Both the position numbers and the translations under genes were made by a program. The notes beneath the pieces are model-generated. The model ran no database searches. It worked only from the letters and a program-made list of their open reading frames with translations, and was not told the origin of the DNA. From Jimgerdemannia flammicorona (Eukaryota), in contig RBNJ01000315.1 of the NCBI GenBank assembly GCA_003990765.1, positions 1 through 33,369 of the forward strand: 33,369 bases of DNA. The letters run 5' to 3'. This document shows positions 10,853-21,516 of this stretch, piece after piece; within the stretch, counting starts at the first letter, position 1, and each line of letters begins with the position of its first letter.

Positions 10853-12151
10853 GTAAGATTTCTTATAGTTGAATAGTTATTTGAGACTGTATGGTCAGTT
10901 ATCAGCATGAACTTTTTTCTGATGAGGTAATGCTTAAATAGGGTGACTGCCCATATGACTATAAGATATTCCAGTTTGGTACTACTATAGTTGATTTGCT
11001 GCTGATTGATAGCTTGACTTATATAAGCTATCATATAGTGCTATTGGTCAGATTCTTCTTGGGCTAAAACTGCTCTCAGGCCATCTTTGGAGGCATCTGT
11101 ATATAAGATGAATGGCTTCTGTAGGTTGGGGTGGACAAGAATTGATGATGTAGTCATGTGGTACTTGAGTTCCTTGAAGGCTAGTTCTTGTGATTACATC
11201 TATTTGTAAGGTACTCCTTTCTTGAGAAGGATTCGAATTGGGGCAGTGATTTGGGCAAAGTCCTTAATAAATCTTCTATAGTAAGATACTAGCATCAGAA
11301 AGGATAGTATTTCCTTTGAGGTCTTGGGTACTGGCCAATTGTTGATCTTCTCAGTTTTCTATAGATCTGTGTGGGTTCCTTCTTTTGAAACTATAAATCC
11401 AAGGAATTCAAGTTTCTGTTTTCTAAAGTAGCATTTCTTGACATTGAGTCTCAGGTGGTTCTTGTGGATGAGCTTGAAGAATTCTTCTATATGGTGCAGG
11501 TATTCCTCAAAATTTGCTGAATAGATCTTTGAATTATCTATGTATACAATCAGGTAGTAGTAGATCAGGGGGGCACAGACCAAATTCATCATTCTCTAGA
11601 AGGTGGGAGGTGTATTGCAAAGTCCAAAGAGCATTTAGAGGTATTCAAACAGTTTTCCTAAAGTAAGAAATGCTGTCTTCTGAATGTCTTTTAGATCATG
11701 GAGATTTCATAGAATTCGGCAAAAAGGTCCATACTGCTGAAGTATCTGGTATCTTGTAACTGATCCAAAAGGTCATTGATTTTGAGTAAAGGATAGACAT
11801 CCTTTTAAGTTACTGAATTAAGTTTTCTGTAGTCTATGCAGAGTCTTCATTCTCCTTTCTTTAGTACAATAAGTATAGGGCTGGCCCAAGGACTAGTTGA
11901 GGGTCAGATGACTCCATTGTCTAAGAGTTCTTGAATATGCTCCTTTTTAAATGTTTTTAGATGATAGGGTATTCTATAGAGTTTCTGCTGGATGGGTATT
12001 GCATTTCCTGTATTTATACTGTAGTAATATGGTGGATTGTATGGCAGGTTGCCATAATTAGTAGTAAAGTTATCTTGATATTTGTTAAGGAGTTCTACTA
12101 GTTGTTGTCATTGCTGGGATATCAATTCTTCTCCAATATTGGTGGAAGGCT

Positions 12152-15100
12152 TCACTGTCTCCTGGATCACAGTGGGGCTATTTCTTTCTTCTGGGACCTT
12201 TTGCTATTTCCCAATAAGTTTAGCTCATAGACTTCTCTGTGGGTTTGATTGAGGAAGGAGACTAAATATCCTATGATGATTCCTTTTGACAAGATGATGC
12301 TTTCTCAATTCTGATTAATTGCTCAGGAGTGTACTGAGTTCATCTTATTAGAGAATGTGTGTTCTTCAATGTTCAGATTCAGAATATCTTCATTGGGTTC
12401 AAAGAAGAGATTTCTGGGATCAGGTGGTACATATAAAGATTTCGAAGGTGGTTTGCTCTCCAGGCTCCAGAATGAGATTCTTATGCAGTTTGACTAATTG
12501 GTGGTATACTTGCTGGAGAACATTCCTCTTGAGGTGATTAATCTGAAGGAGATGTACATTCTTTTTGTCTGAGCTCTCAAATCCTTCAGCTTACCTTATT
12601 CCTTCAGTCAGTTTGGAGACTTATTATAATTGTGGAGTCTTGACTTTCATGAAGACTGCTTGGGTAATCTTCTGTCCTCTTATGATTTTGTACCATTCTA
12701 TACTACTGTTGTGTAGGATGATCTTAATTTCACCTATATATCCTAAGTCAATAGTTCCTCCTTCTACAGTTATTCCTTATCTGGCAAGTCCAGACCTTGA
12801 GGTTAGTTAGATATAAGTTTCTTGGGGTAGCTGCATAACTAGTTCAGTTCTGAACATCAGTATTTTTTCAGGCTTAATAGATTCATCCTCTAGGCTAGAA
12901 AGCTTATACTCTATATCTTCTTGGTGAGCTTTGGTTGGGGGTTTGGCCTTGGGATGTAATGTAGTAGGGCATACTGGGTAATATCTTTCTAAGTTCAAGC
13001 TGTCCTTGGGCTGAAGCTCTACCAGCAGGGAGCCTCCAGGCTCTGAGGTTGAGGTGCAGCCATCTGGCTCCAGTAGAGGGATCTTAGAGGTAGTTGATTT
13101 CTCTTTTTCCTATAGGGTCTAGGCTTTCATGAAGTTGGTGGCATCCTCCATCCATCTCTAGCAGGTTGTATGTCTGATGAGGGCTAGAATGTCTTCTTCT
13201 AAATTATAGATCTTAAGGGTCCTTCTTCCTGGCTTCTTGGTCTGGCTTTTTTGGATCTGACCTCTGTTATCTCCTCTCTTTAAGATGTGAATTGTGATAT
13301 TCTGGCTGAGGTAAATCTTCTGGTGTCTGCAGTCTTGGCAGTCTGGGTGTCTTCTATGATTACAATATCCCATTACTCAAAAGTACTGTTTCTGATTATT
13401 GATTTCTTACTGCTTTGAAAATCAGTATCTATCTTAGTCATAGACTGGGGGAAGAGTAGACAGGGGGGGGGGTATACTTCTGTTCAGGTGAAGAGACCTT
13501 GTCCTCTAAATCGACTTTGCAACTTGGTGGTAACTTCTTGGAAGGTGGTTGACTGTGCAACTGTGGTTCAGGGTTCTAATCTTCAGGGTCCCTATCTTTC
13601 TTATTGATTCAGCAGATGGCACAGATAGCAGTAGTCTTGGAAAGAGTGGAAGACTATTTGATATAGATTCTTCCTAGTCAAAAGGCTCTTTCTTAGTGAG
13701 TTTCTTACTTTGAAATAATGGGGATTATGCTGAATCCTTCTTTAGTATTCTAGGGGTCATTATTTTCAGGTAGTATCCAGCATGGATTATCTCAGAAAAT
13801 GAGTTTGGGGACCTCTTCTTCAGATACTTTTTGTTTGAGAACCTCCTGTTCAGGGGCTTCTTCTTCCTCAGACAATTCTTGATTCCAAATTGCTTGTACT
13901 TCTGCAGCTTTGGCTGCAGATATCTCTAAAACATGTCTGCATTTCTTCTTCCTTCTTCTGTACTCTGGGCAGGCTGTGCCAGGCGAATTCCTTATCCTGA
14001 TGATCTTAGAGGAGTGCTCAGAGTACTTGTGTCTCTTGAGACAGATAGGGTATCCTCTGATTTCTCCTACAATGGCTCCAATAGTAATAGAGACAGTGTT
14101 TCTGACCCATACATTATCTTCTAGCCTGTCATCTACTAGGTTGATTTGGAGATGGAGTCTGGGATCATTTCTATCTTCAGATTCTTCTTCCTCTTCTATA
14201 GTAGATTCTTCACTACTGGTATATTCTTCCAAGATGGTAATCTTTTTCTTCTTCTTTGATTGCTCATAGCTGGTCATCTTAACTCTGTACTTCTTGCCTC
14301 AGTAGTCAAACTTGAGTGCTTGTTGACTGATATCAACAACTGCTTCATCCAGTTGGTGCCAAGGATCATATCATAGATGATAGCTTCAGTGACAACAGCT
14401 TTGGAATAGAGAACTGAATGTATCCAAGGGAGATAGTGATGTTTTGTACTTCTCCAAGGGGTAGAGTTTGGGCTCCATCTGCTACTATAATGTTGAGGTT
14501 GGATGATCCATGAATGGGCCATTGGAGGGTATCCAGGAATCATTTGGCAATGATACAGATAGCTGCTCCTGTGTTTATAAGAATTTTTGCCTTTTTTCCT
14601 CTAATATCTCCATATAGATAGTTGCTAACATGTCACTCTGCAGCTTGGATAGGTGTGGGAGCTGGCTCTTACTGTGGGATTGAATCTTGGCCAGTGCTAG
14701 ACCTGGTGGTCCTCAGCAATTTATTTCAAACTCTAGCTAGTATCAGTTACAGAAACTGAAGAGAGGAACTTCCATCTCGGCTTCTTGAATCTTTTACCAG
14801 GCTTCATTGTAGATATCTTTAGGTATAGTCTTCAGAGTGTACTTCTTCTTGGACTTTGGGGTAGCAGGTTCTTATTCTTCTTGCTCTATTTCTTCCTTCT
14901 CTGAGGGTAGCTCATTTGTCTTAGAGATAAAAGATAAGAGAGACTGGGGAGGTATTTCCACTTGCTCCTCTTTATGTTCTTTATCTTTCTCTTGGATTCT
15001 TCTACTGGTATTTTTCTACAGGTCTCTTTCTTTTCTCTGCTAGATAAACTGTCTTTCAGGTAATGACTTTGGCTGAGTACAAGTACAGGTCACTATAGTC

Positions 15101-16297
15101 TTTACTGTTTCTTTCTTCTTCAAAATCTTCAACAGAATTAGTCTTAGTCTTCTTGTACTGGTTATCATTCCTTCAGTTTGGTGGTTCTGAGTCCCTTCAG
15201 TTACTTCTTTTGTTATCACATTCAGTGGCATAGTGTCCAAACTATCTACAGTGGAAGCATTGAACCTAGGTTCTGTCTCAGACAGGGTATCTTCTTTCTT
15301 CCTATAGATAGCTCCTGTTATCTCTGAGTAGATAACCTTGGCTCCTCTGTGGTGAGTATCCTCTGTTGTCTTGATAACTCCAATTTTCACATATAGTAAG
15401 TTTTTCAATCTGTCCAACCAATTAGTCCAACTTGGAACTAAGGTCTTAAATTTTGCTCCTGTCCTTCTTTTCTTCTTTGGCTGGTCTTCTTTCTTCAGAT
15501 CTTTCATGTCCTTAGAGGAGTCCTTGTAGGGCTTTGATCAGGATGTCTTCTTTGTCATCCTTCTTGTCATGATCACTTCAGGTAGTTCCTTGTCTGATAT
15601 CAAAGAATTCTTGGGCTATATCTACTTATTCTTCAGGCCTCCTAATATCTAGGGTGCAGACATACTAGGCAATATTCAGGGGAACTCCATTCATAAAGGT
15701 CATTGGATCTATAATGTCTTGGTTGGTGGCATTGAACTCAGCTGTATGCATTCTCTTCTGAATTTTTGTGAAGAAGGCTCTGGGCAATTCTCTAAGGTTT
15801 ATCTTCATTTCTATGATAGATTCTTGAGCCTTGTAGTAGGTCTCATTTTCTGTATATTTTTTAATAAACTAGTGGACCATGGCTATGTATTCTAGCTGAT
15901 AAGATACTACTGCTTATATTTCTGTTGCAAGTTCTGAATGTGGGTCATTTACTGCTCAGTGGAAAATTCCTCTAGCTAGTTCTCTGAGCTGGGCCTTGTA
16001 GATGGTAATTTTCCTTTCATCTGAGAGATTCCTCAGAGCTACAATTCTCTCAATTCCATCAAGAAATTCTCTAGGATCTTCCTCTGGATATCCTGTGAAG
16101 GTTGGCAATAGAGTGATCATTTCATAGTCACTTTCTTCTGATTGTAGTTCTGGTCTAGATTCTGATTCAGATTCTGACTCTGGTTCACTTTCTGAACTAT
16201 TACTAGAGATGGGAGTGCTTGGGTATCTTGAGAATAGTATTATGGACCTCAGATGAAGTAGAATGAGCCTAGGTATTCTTAAAGGAGCTACTTCCAA
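12152..16297 (-). pseudogene. gag: ORF1 of copy C (Gag-protease-insert-dUTPase), degenerate
   Basis: Capsid-like LPTFTGYPEEDPREFLDGIERIVAL (ATG at 16120), knuckle ~15218-15262, protease ~14280-14620, 0-frame stop 12152-12154. Confidence 0.85.
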
Positions 16298-16700
16298 TTC
16301 TGCAAGGACTGGTGGTAAAGGTTCAATAGGTGAGATTGGTGGAATCTCTGTGGGGTATCTGGCTGCAGAATTCCAGACTCATGTAATAAGATCTTCTAGT
16401 TCTTGTACAAGTTCTTCAAAGTTTCTGATAGAGCTGCCTGTGTAATCTGGTTAGTCTGGTTAGTCCTGTAATAAGTCTATTGGTACGGACTGAGGATTCT
16501 GTACTGTGCTGACTTCTGGTTAGTATTCTTTTAATAGTGAGTAGTTGGCAAGTCTTGAAGTAATTACTTCTCTTCCTATCTAAATGCTAGTGATAACTGG
16601 TTCTCCTATAGTAGCATAAATTGGTGTTATATCAAATGTATCCAGTTTCACTGTGGGTTCTTGTGAGCCAAAAAGTCATATCAATTTTAAAATATTCTAT

Positions 16701-16719
16701 TTCCAGTTAAGTCCTCAAA
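16701..16719 (-). promoter_or_regulatory. Primer-binding site, tRNA-Pro-like
   Basis: TTTGAGGACTTAACTGGAA (C) and TTTAAAGGCTCAACTAGAA (D, ~20663-20681) directly follow the LTR end; the transition-corrected consensus is TGGGGGCTCAACCGG. Confidence 0.65.
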
Positions 16720-18010
16720 TGTAATATACCTGGCTCAATAGAGGCAAATTACAAGATTGAGAAATGATGTAATTTGACTTGAGTCCCCAGTTACATACTT
16801 TGTCAAAAAGCAATAAAATATTCTAAGATTCCTGAGGTCCTTGGTATTTAATAGTACATATAATAGTCAAAGCTGGATATTTGTATACAATTTTCTTATT
16901 AGGATGAGTTCTTAGGTATAGCAGCAATTTTGTATGTAGTGTGGGATGCATGATAATCTTTATATAGCACAGTGATCTCCTTATATATAACAGTCTGGCA
17001 ATTTAACAGTTTCCTTTTTAAGTAATAGGCAATCTCTATATAGTATGATGGATTTTCTTATATAAAGTGGTCTAGCAATTTAGCTGTTTTCCTTATATAG
17101 ATTTGGCAGATAATTTGAGTAACTTAGTGATACAGATTCTTCCTGAATCAGGCTTACTGAAAATAGAGAGTAGTATGAATTCTTCTCACTGGGAACAGAT
17201 GAATAACTCTAATAGCATGGATAATTAGATAACTCAGATGTGGATAATTTGATTACTCAGATAACTCAAATGATATAGATGTTGCAGATTCTTTCTGAAT
17301 CAGCAGCTCTCTGAGAATAGTGGGTTTTTTGAGCAAAGTTACATCAAGACTGGCTTTGTTTGTATAGAGTTACATCAATCAACTGGCTCTACTGCAAAGT
17401 TGCATCAACAGACTAGCTTGGTGACAAGATAGCAGTAAGCAGCAGATTTTTCTTAAAAACAGACTCATTTGGAGTAGAAATGGAAGAGCTTACAATCTTC
17501 TAGTAGTGGCTTTAGAGCAGGCATTTCTCCTAAGTGTTGCAATCCAATTCTTTTAAGATTAAGTGGCTTTTGGCAGATATATCTCTTGAAGTTTAGTAGG
17601 CAGACTTGTCTTTCGATTTGGATTTTGGACTCTTCAATCTTTGTATCAGAAAGTGGACTGGAGTGGAAAGGGAAGCTATTGCTTTAGATTCAATTTCAGA
17701 CTGAGGTTTATTTACTCTTGTCTCTGGGGTATTTTATACAAGTTGGTTGCTATCTAGTTGCTATCTAAATAATTATAGGTTTATCATCTCTGGTAATATT
17801 TTGGTATATCTATAGGATATAAATATGTTTACAGGATATGAGTGTGTTTACAGGATATAAGTGTATCAATAGGACATACATATATCTGCTAGACATACAT
17901 GTGTCCTCAGAATACAGATAAACAACCGTGATTTAGTATCCTTGACTAATTATAAGTATGGTAATTATAAGTAACTATACTATGCTGAGAATTTATATCA
18001 TCTGGCTACA
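16720..18010 (-). repeat. 5' LTR of copy C (~1.29 kb)
   Basis: Minus strand runs TGTAGCC...TATTACA; shares blocks with LTR A (TATAATTAGTCA, TATAAAATAC, CTGATTCAGGAAGAATCTG, TTTGACAAAGTA). Confidence 0.85.
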
Positions 18011-19134
18011 TTATATTATTTGCTCATTATAATATATAGAATATTCCTCTACTCTGATTTTTATCAGATTTGATAGTATTTGAATTATATTGCTCTTTGT
18101 TATTATATTTCTTTCTGCTGCTCACATATTATCAATACTGACTTTTATATTTATTTTGTATATATCTATACTTATTATAGTAATAGTAGTTTCTGTTAAA
18201 TCTTTCACATTTTTGGTCTTATTGGTACTTCTTTTCTCATCTATATAATCCATAAAATACTTTCTTATTATTTTAATTACTACTGTTTCCTAAATATATT
18301 TCTTTATTGATAAGGCTCATTGTTATATAGGTATAGTCTAACGTTGCTGCTCTTATATATAGCTACTATTATAATATTATACATCTTAGAGAGACCTCTT
18401 ATAAGGACTAGAATCTTAGCTTTGTTGCTGATATACTTTGCTAGCATACTTAGAGAATTCACCTGATTTACTAGATTATTAATATAATTGATATATTTAT
18501 AGATACTCTTCTTGGGTTTTATTAATAGACTAAATAGCTGAGATTTCTGATGAAATCAATTTAATAAGAAGATATATATATAATAATTGTATAGAATCTC
18601 TCATATATTATAAGCTTCATTTGCTGGTTTAATAATATAAATATAATCTCTTGTAATGCTTGATAATTATTTGTAATATCATAATCTTAAATCTGTATCT
18701 ACAGTTTTATATACTCTACCAAGTCACATTCTTTCAGAAAATTACTCATATAGAACATTCAAATAGTATAGTCCTTACTATCAAAGATAGGAATTAACCT
18801 CTTAACTATATTTATATTGGCTATGGAAACTATAACTATTATATATATTTTGAGGATACCTGTACTCAGTATACTTATACTGATTTCTTAGTTTGTCTAT
18901 ATTGACATCTTAGTATAAAGTAGTATATATCTTAGAGAGATATTTCTTATTAGTTACTAAGTGAGACTTATAATCTTTATTATAACTAAGTTAGAGTATA
19001 GAGTAGAAGAAGAGGAGAGAGCTGTTTATTATTCTAGATATATAGTATATATTTAAGTATTAAGTAATGTAACTCAAAGATAATATAGTTATTAACCACA
19101 ATATTAAGATATTAAAATAATAGAAATTTCAATA
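18011..19134 (-). mobile_element. Ty1/Copia retrotransposon 5' half (LTR, PBS, gag), heavily mutated
   Basis: Minus strand IPIFDSKDYTI*MFYMSNFLKECDLVEYI (copia Gag N-terminus), SIYKYINYINNLVNQVNSL..KILVLIRGLSKMYNIII (UBN2-like), decayed knuckle ~18150-18190; PBS AGATTATAAGTCTC resembles GGTTATGAGCC at 18963-18976. Confidence 0.8.
18977..19134 (-). repeat. Short Copia LTR (~160 bp)
   Basis: Starts TATTGAAA (decayed TGTTG) exactly where copy D homology stops and ends at the copia-type PBS. Confidence 0.6.
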
Positions 19135-21225
19135 GTCTCTATTGTTACTTTTTTTTTATAAACTTTTAGAGTAGACTTCAGTCTTCTTATATTGAATTAT
19201 ATTCTTTCAATTTGATATTTCTGAATCTCTTTGATTATCTCTTCTGTTATTATATTCTATAGTATATATAGTATTCAAAATATCTATAGTTATAGTATTA
19301 GATTTGAGTTCTAGCTCAAGGTGAATAATTTTCTTCTTCTTATAGTAGATAACTCCTATCTTTTTGAGATAAGTAGTCAAGGTTTCTTTGTAGTATATAA
19401 CCTCTGTTGTCTCATAGATGACTAATATAGTAGTTTTTTAATTTATCTAATCAATCAGTTTAGTTTAAAGCTAAGCTCTTAGATTTTATTTTTGTCTTTT
19501 TTCTATTTCTTTATAGATTTCTTTTCTCTTAAGTATCTTTAGAGAATTTCTTGAAGGACCTTTATTAAAAGGTCCTTCTTATCTTCTTTCTTATTATTAT
19601 TTTAGATAGTTCCTTACTTGATATTAAGGTATATCTACATATTCATCTAATCTCTTAATATCAAAAATGCAGATATACTAGATAATATTAGAAGAAATTT
19701 AATTCATAAAGACCATTAGACCAATGATATCTTAATTAGTGATACTGAATTCAGCAAGATATATTCTCTTCTGAATTCTTATAAAAAATACTTGTAAAGA
19801 TTTTCTAAAGTTCACCTTTATATTTATAATAGATTCTTAAGCTTTGTAGTGAATTTCAGTTCTTATATACTTTTAATAAACTAGTGAGAGATGGTTTCAT
19901 ACTAATCTATATAGTAGGTTATAGTAGCTAAGACTTATTCCAGATTATTTAATATTCTAGTAAAGATTTCTTTGATTAGCTCTCTCATCTATATCTTGAA
20001 GATAGTAATTTATCTTTTGAGAGTAAGGTCATTTAGAGCTATAATTCCTTCAAGAGTATCTAGAAAATCTCTTAGATCTTCTTCTAAGTACTCTATAAAT
20101 ATAAGAAGTAATACTATATATTATTTCATCATTACTGTCTTCTAGTTCTTACTCAGTTTTTAATTTTATTTCTATTACTATTTCTGTAAATATGCTGAAT
20201 CTAGTTGAGCTACTGAGAGTTGAAAGATAGATACTTGGTCTCTAAAATATGAGTGCAATTCTTAATGTTCTTAAGAGTACTTAGCTTAGGAGGTCTGCTG
20301 ATCTAGATAAGAGTGAGATGGATGAAACTTCTATAGAACAAAATTTTAAACAAAGAGATCTATATTATCTGATTGGTCAGACTATATTAGATCTCTTAGT
20401 AATAAATCTGTTAATGCTTTTAATATATTTATAAGCTATATAGACTAGTGATAGTTGAGAATTTTGTATTATATTAACTTTCTCTTGAGATTTTTCTGAT
20501 AGTTAGTAATTGATAAGTCTTGAGATAATTACTTCTCTTTTAGTCTAAATACTACTAATGATTTATTCTTTTATAGTAGTAGAGATTAGTATTGTATCAA
20601 ATGTATTTAGTTTAACTATTTGATTTTTATAAGCTAAAAAGTTATATAGATTTTGATAATCTTTCTAGTTGAGCCTTTAAATATAATATACTAGCTCAAT
20701 GGAGACAAATTATAAGATTGGAGTAGCTACGTAAATTGGCTTAAGCTCTTAGTTACTTTGTCAAAAAGTAACAAAATGTTCAAGTTTTTCTAATTTATAT
20801 AATATAGATGATTTTGATAAATTCCTTAATAGGTACAGATTCTGTATAATATAGTATATATATTTGGTAGATTTCTCTAAATAGCAGCTAAGTTCTTTAC
20901 TTGAACTTGGGTGGCAAATCTTTTAGCTTTATCTAGCAAGTAGATCAAAATGTAGCAGACTTCTTTATATTAGAAAGTAGACCAGAGTGAAAAATGAAAT
21001 GAAGCTTACAATCTTCTTAATAGTGACTTTAAAGCAGATATTTCTCCTAAGTATTGCAATCCTTTCCTTAGATCAAGTGACTCTTAGTAGCCATATCCCT
21101 TGAAATATATTATAGGCAGACTTGTCTTTTGCTTTTTCTTTGACTTTTCAGACTGAGGTTTATTCACTCAAATCTCTAGGGTATTTTATACAAGTTTGGT
21201 TGCTATCTGGATAATTATAGAATAT
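19135..21225 (-). mobile_element. Gypsy family 1 (or sister subfamily) copy D: partial LTR (~20682-21225), PBS, gag; most decayed copy
   Basis: LTR-end, PBS and leader similarity to copy C; Gag EEDLRDFLDTLEGIIALNDL at ~20020-20090; decayed knuckle ~19255-19300. Confidence 0.8.
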
Positions 21226-21402
21226 ACAATAAGGCTAATTTAGGGAAGTTATGATTACTTATTCCCATGTGGAATGGGTGTTCTGTGGAACAGGTATTTC
21301 ACTTGAAAAGAGTGTTTCACTTGGAGATCAATATACCCAATTTGGTGCATCTGGTTATTTATATGCATATAGATTACTATGTGGGGTAACTATGCTAAGT
21401 AT

Positions 21403-21438
<36 letters not shown>

Positions 21439-21516
21439 GTCACTCAGACTTCTCCCTTTATTAAAATACTGTCTATCATCTAAATAATACACAATGCCCA
21501 ACCCTATCCAATCTCC

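Larger units (their letters stand above)
10853..18010 (-). mobile_element. Gypsy family 1 copy C: 5' LTR, PBS, gag, protease, insert, dUTPase, RT, RNase H (3' truncated)
   Basis: ORFs 15956-16297 (Gag, FTGYPEEDPREFLDGIE), 13792-14277, 13158-13373, 12807-12998, 11359-11592 and 10840-11034 are colinear with copy A. Confidence 0.95.

Noticed and set aside
21251..21439. Host gene interrupted by the LINE
   Set aside because: The rejoined empty site hits a stop shortly after the junction and shows no motif I recognise
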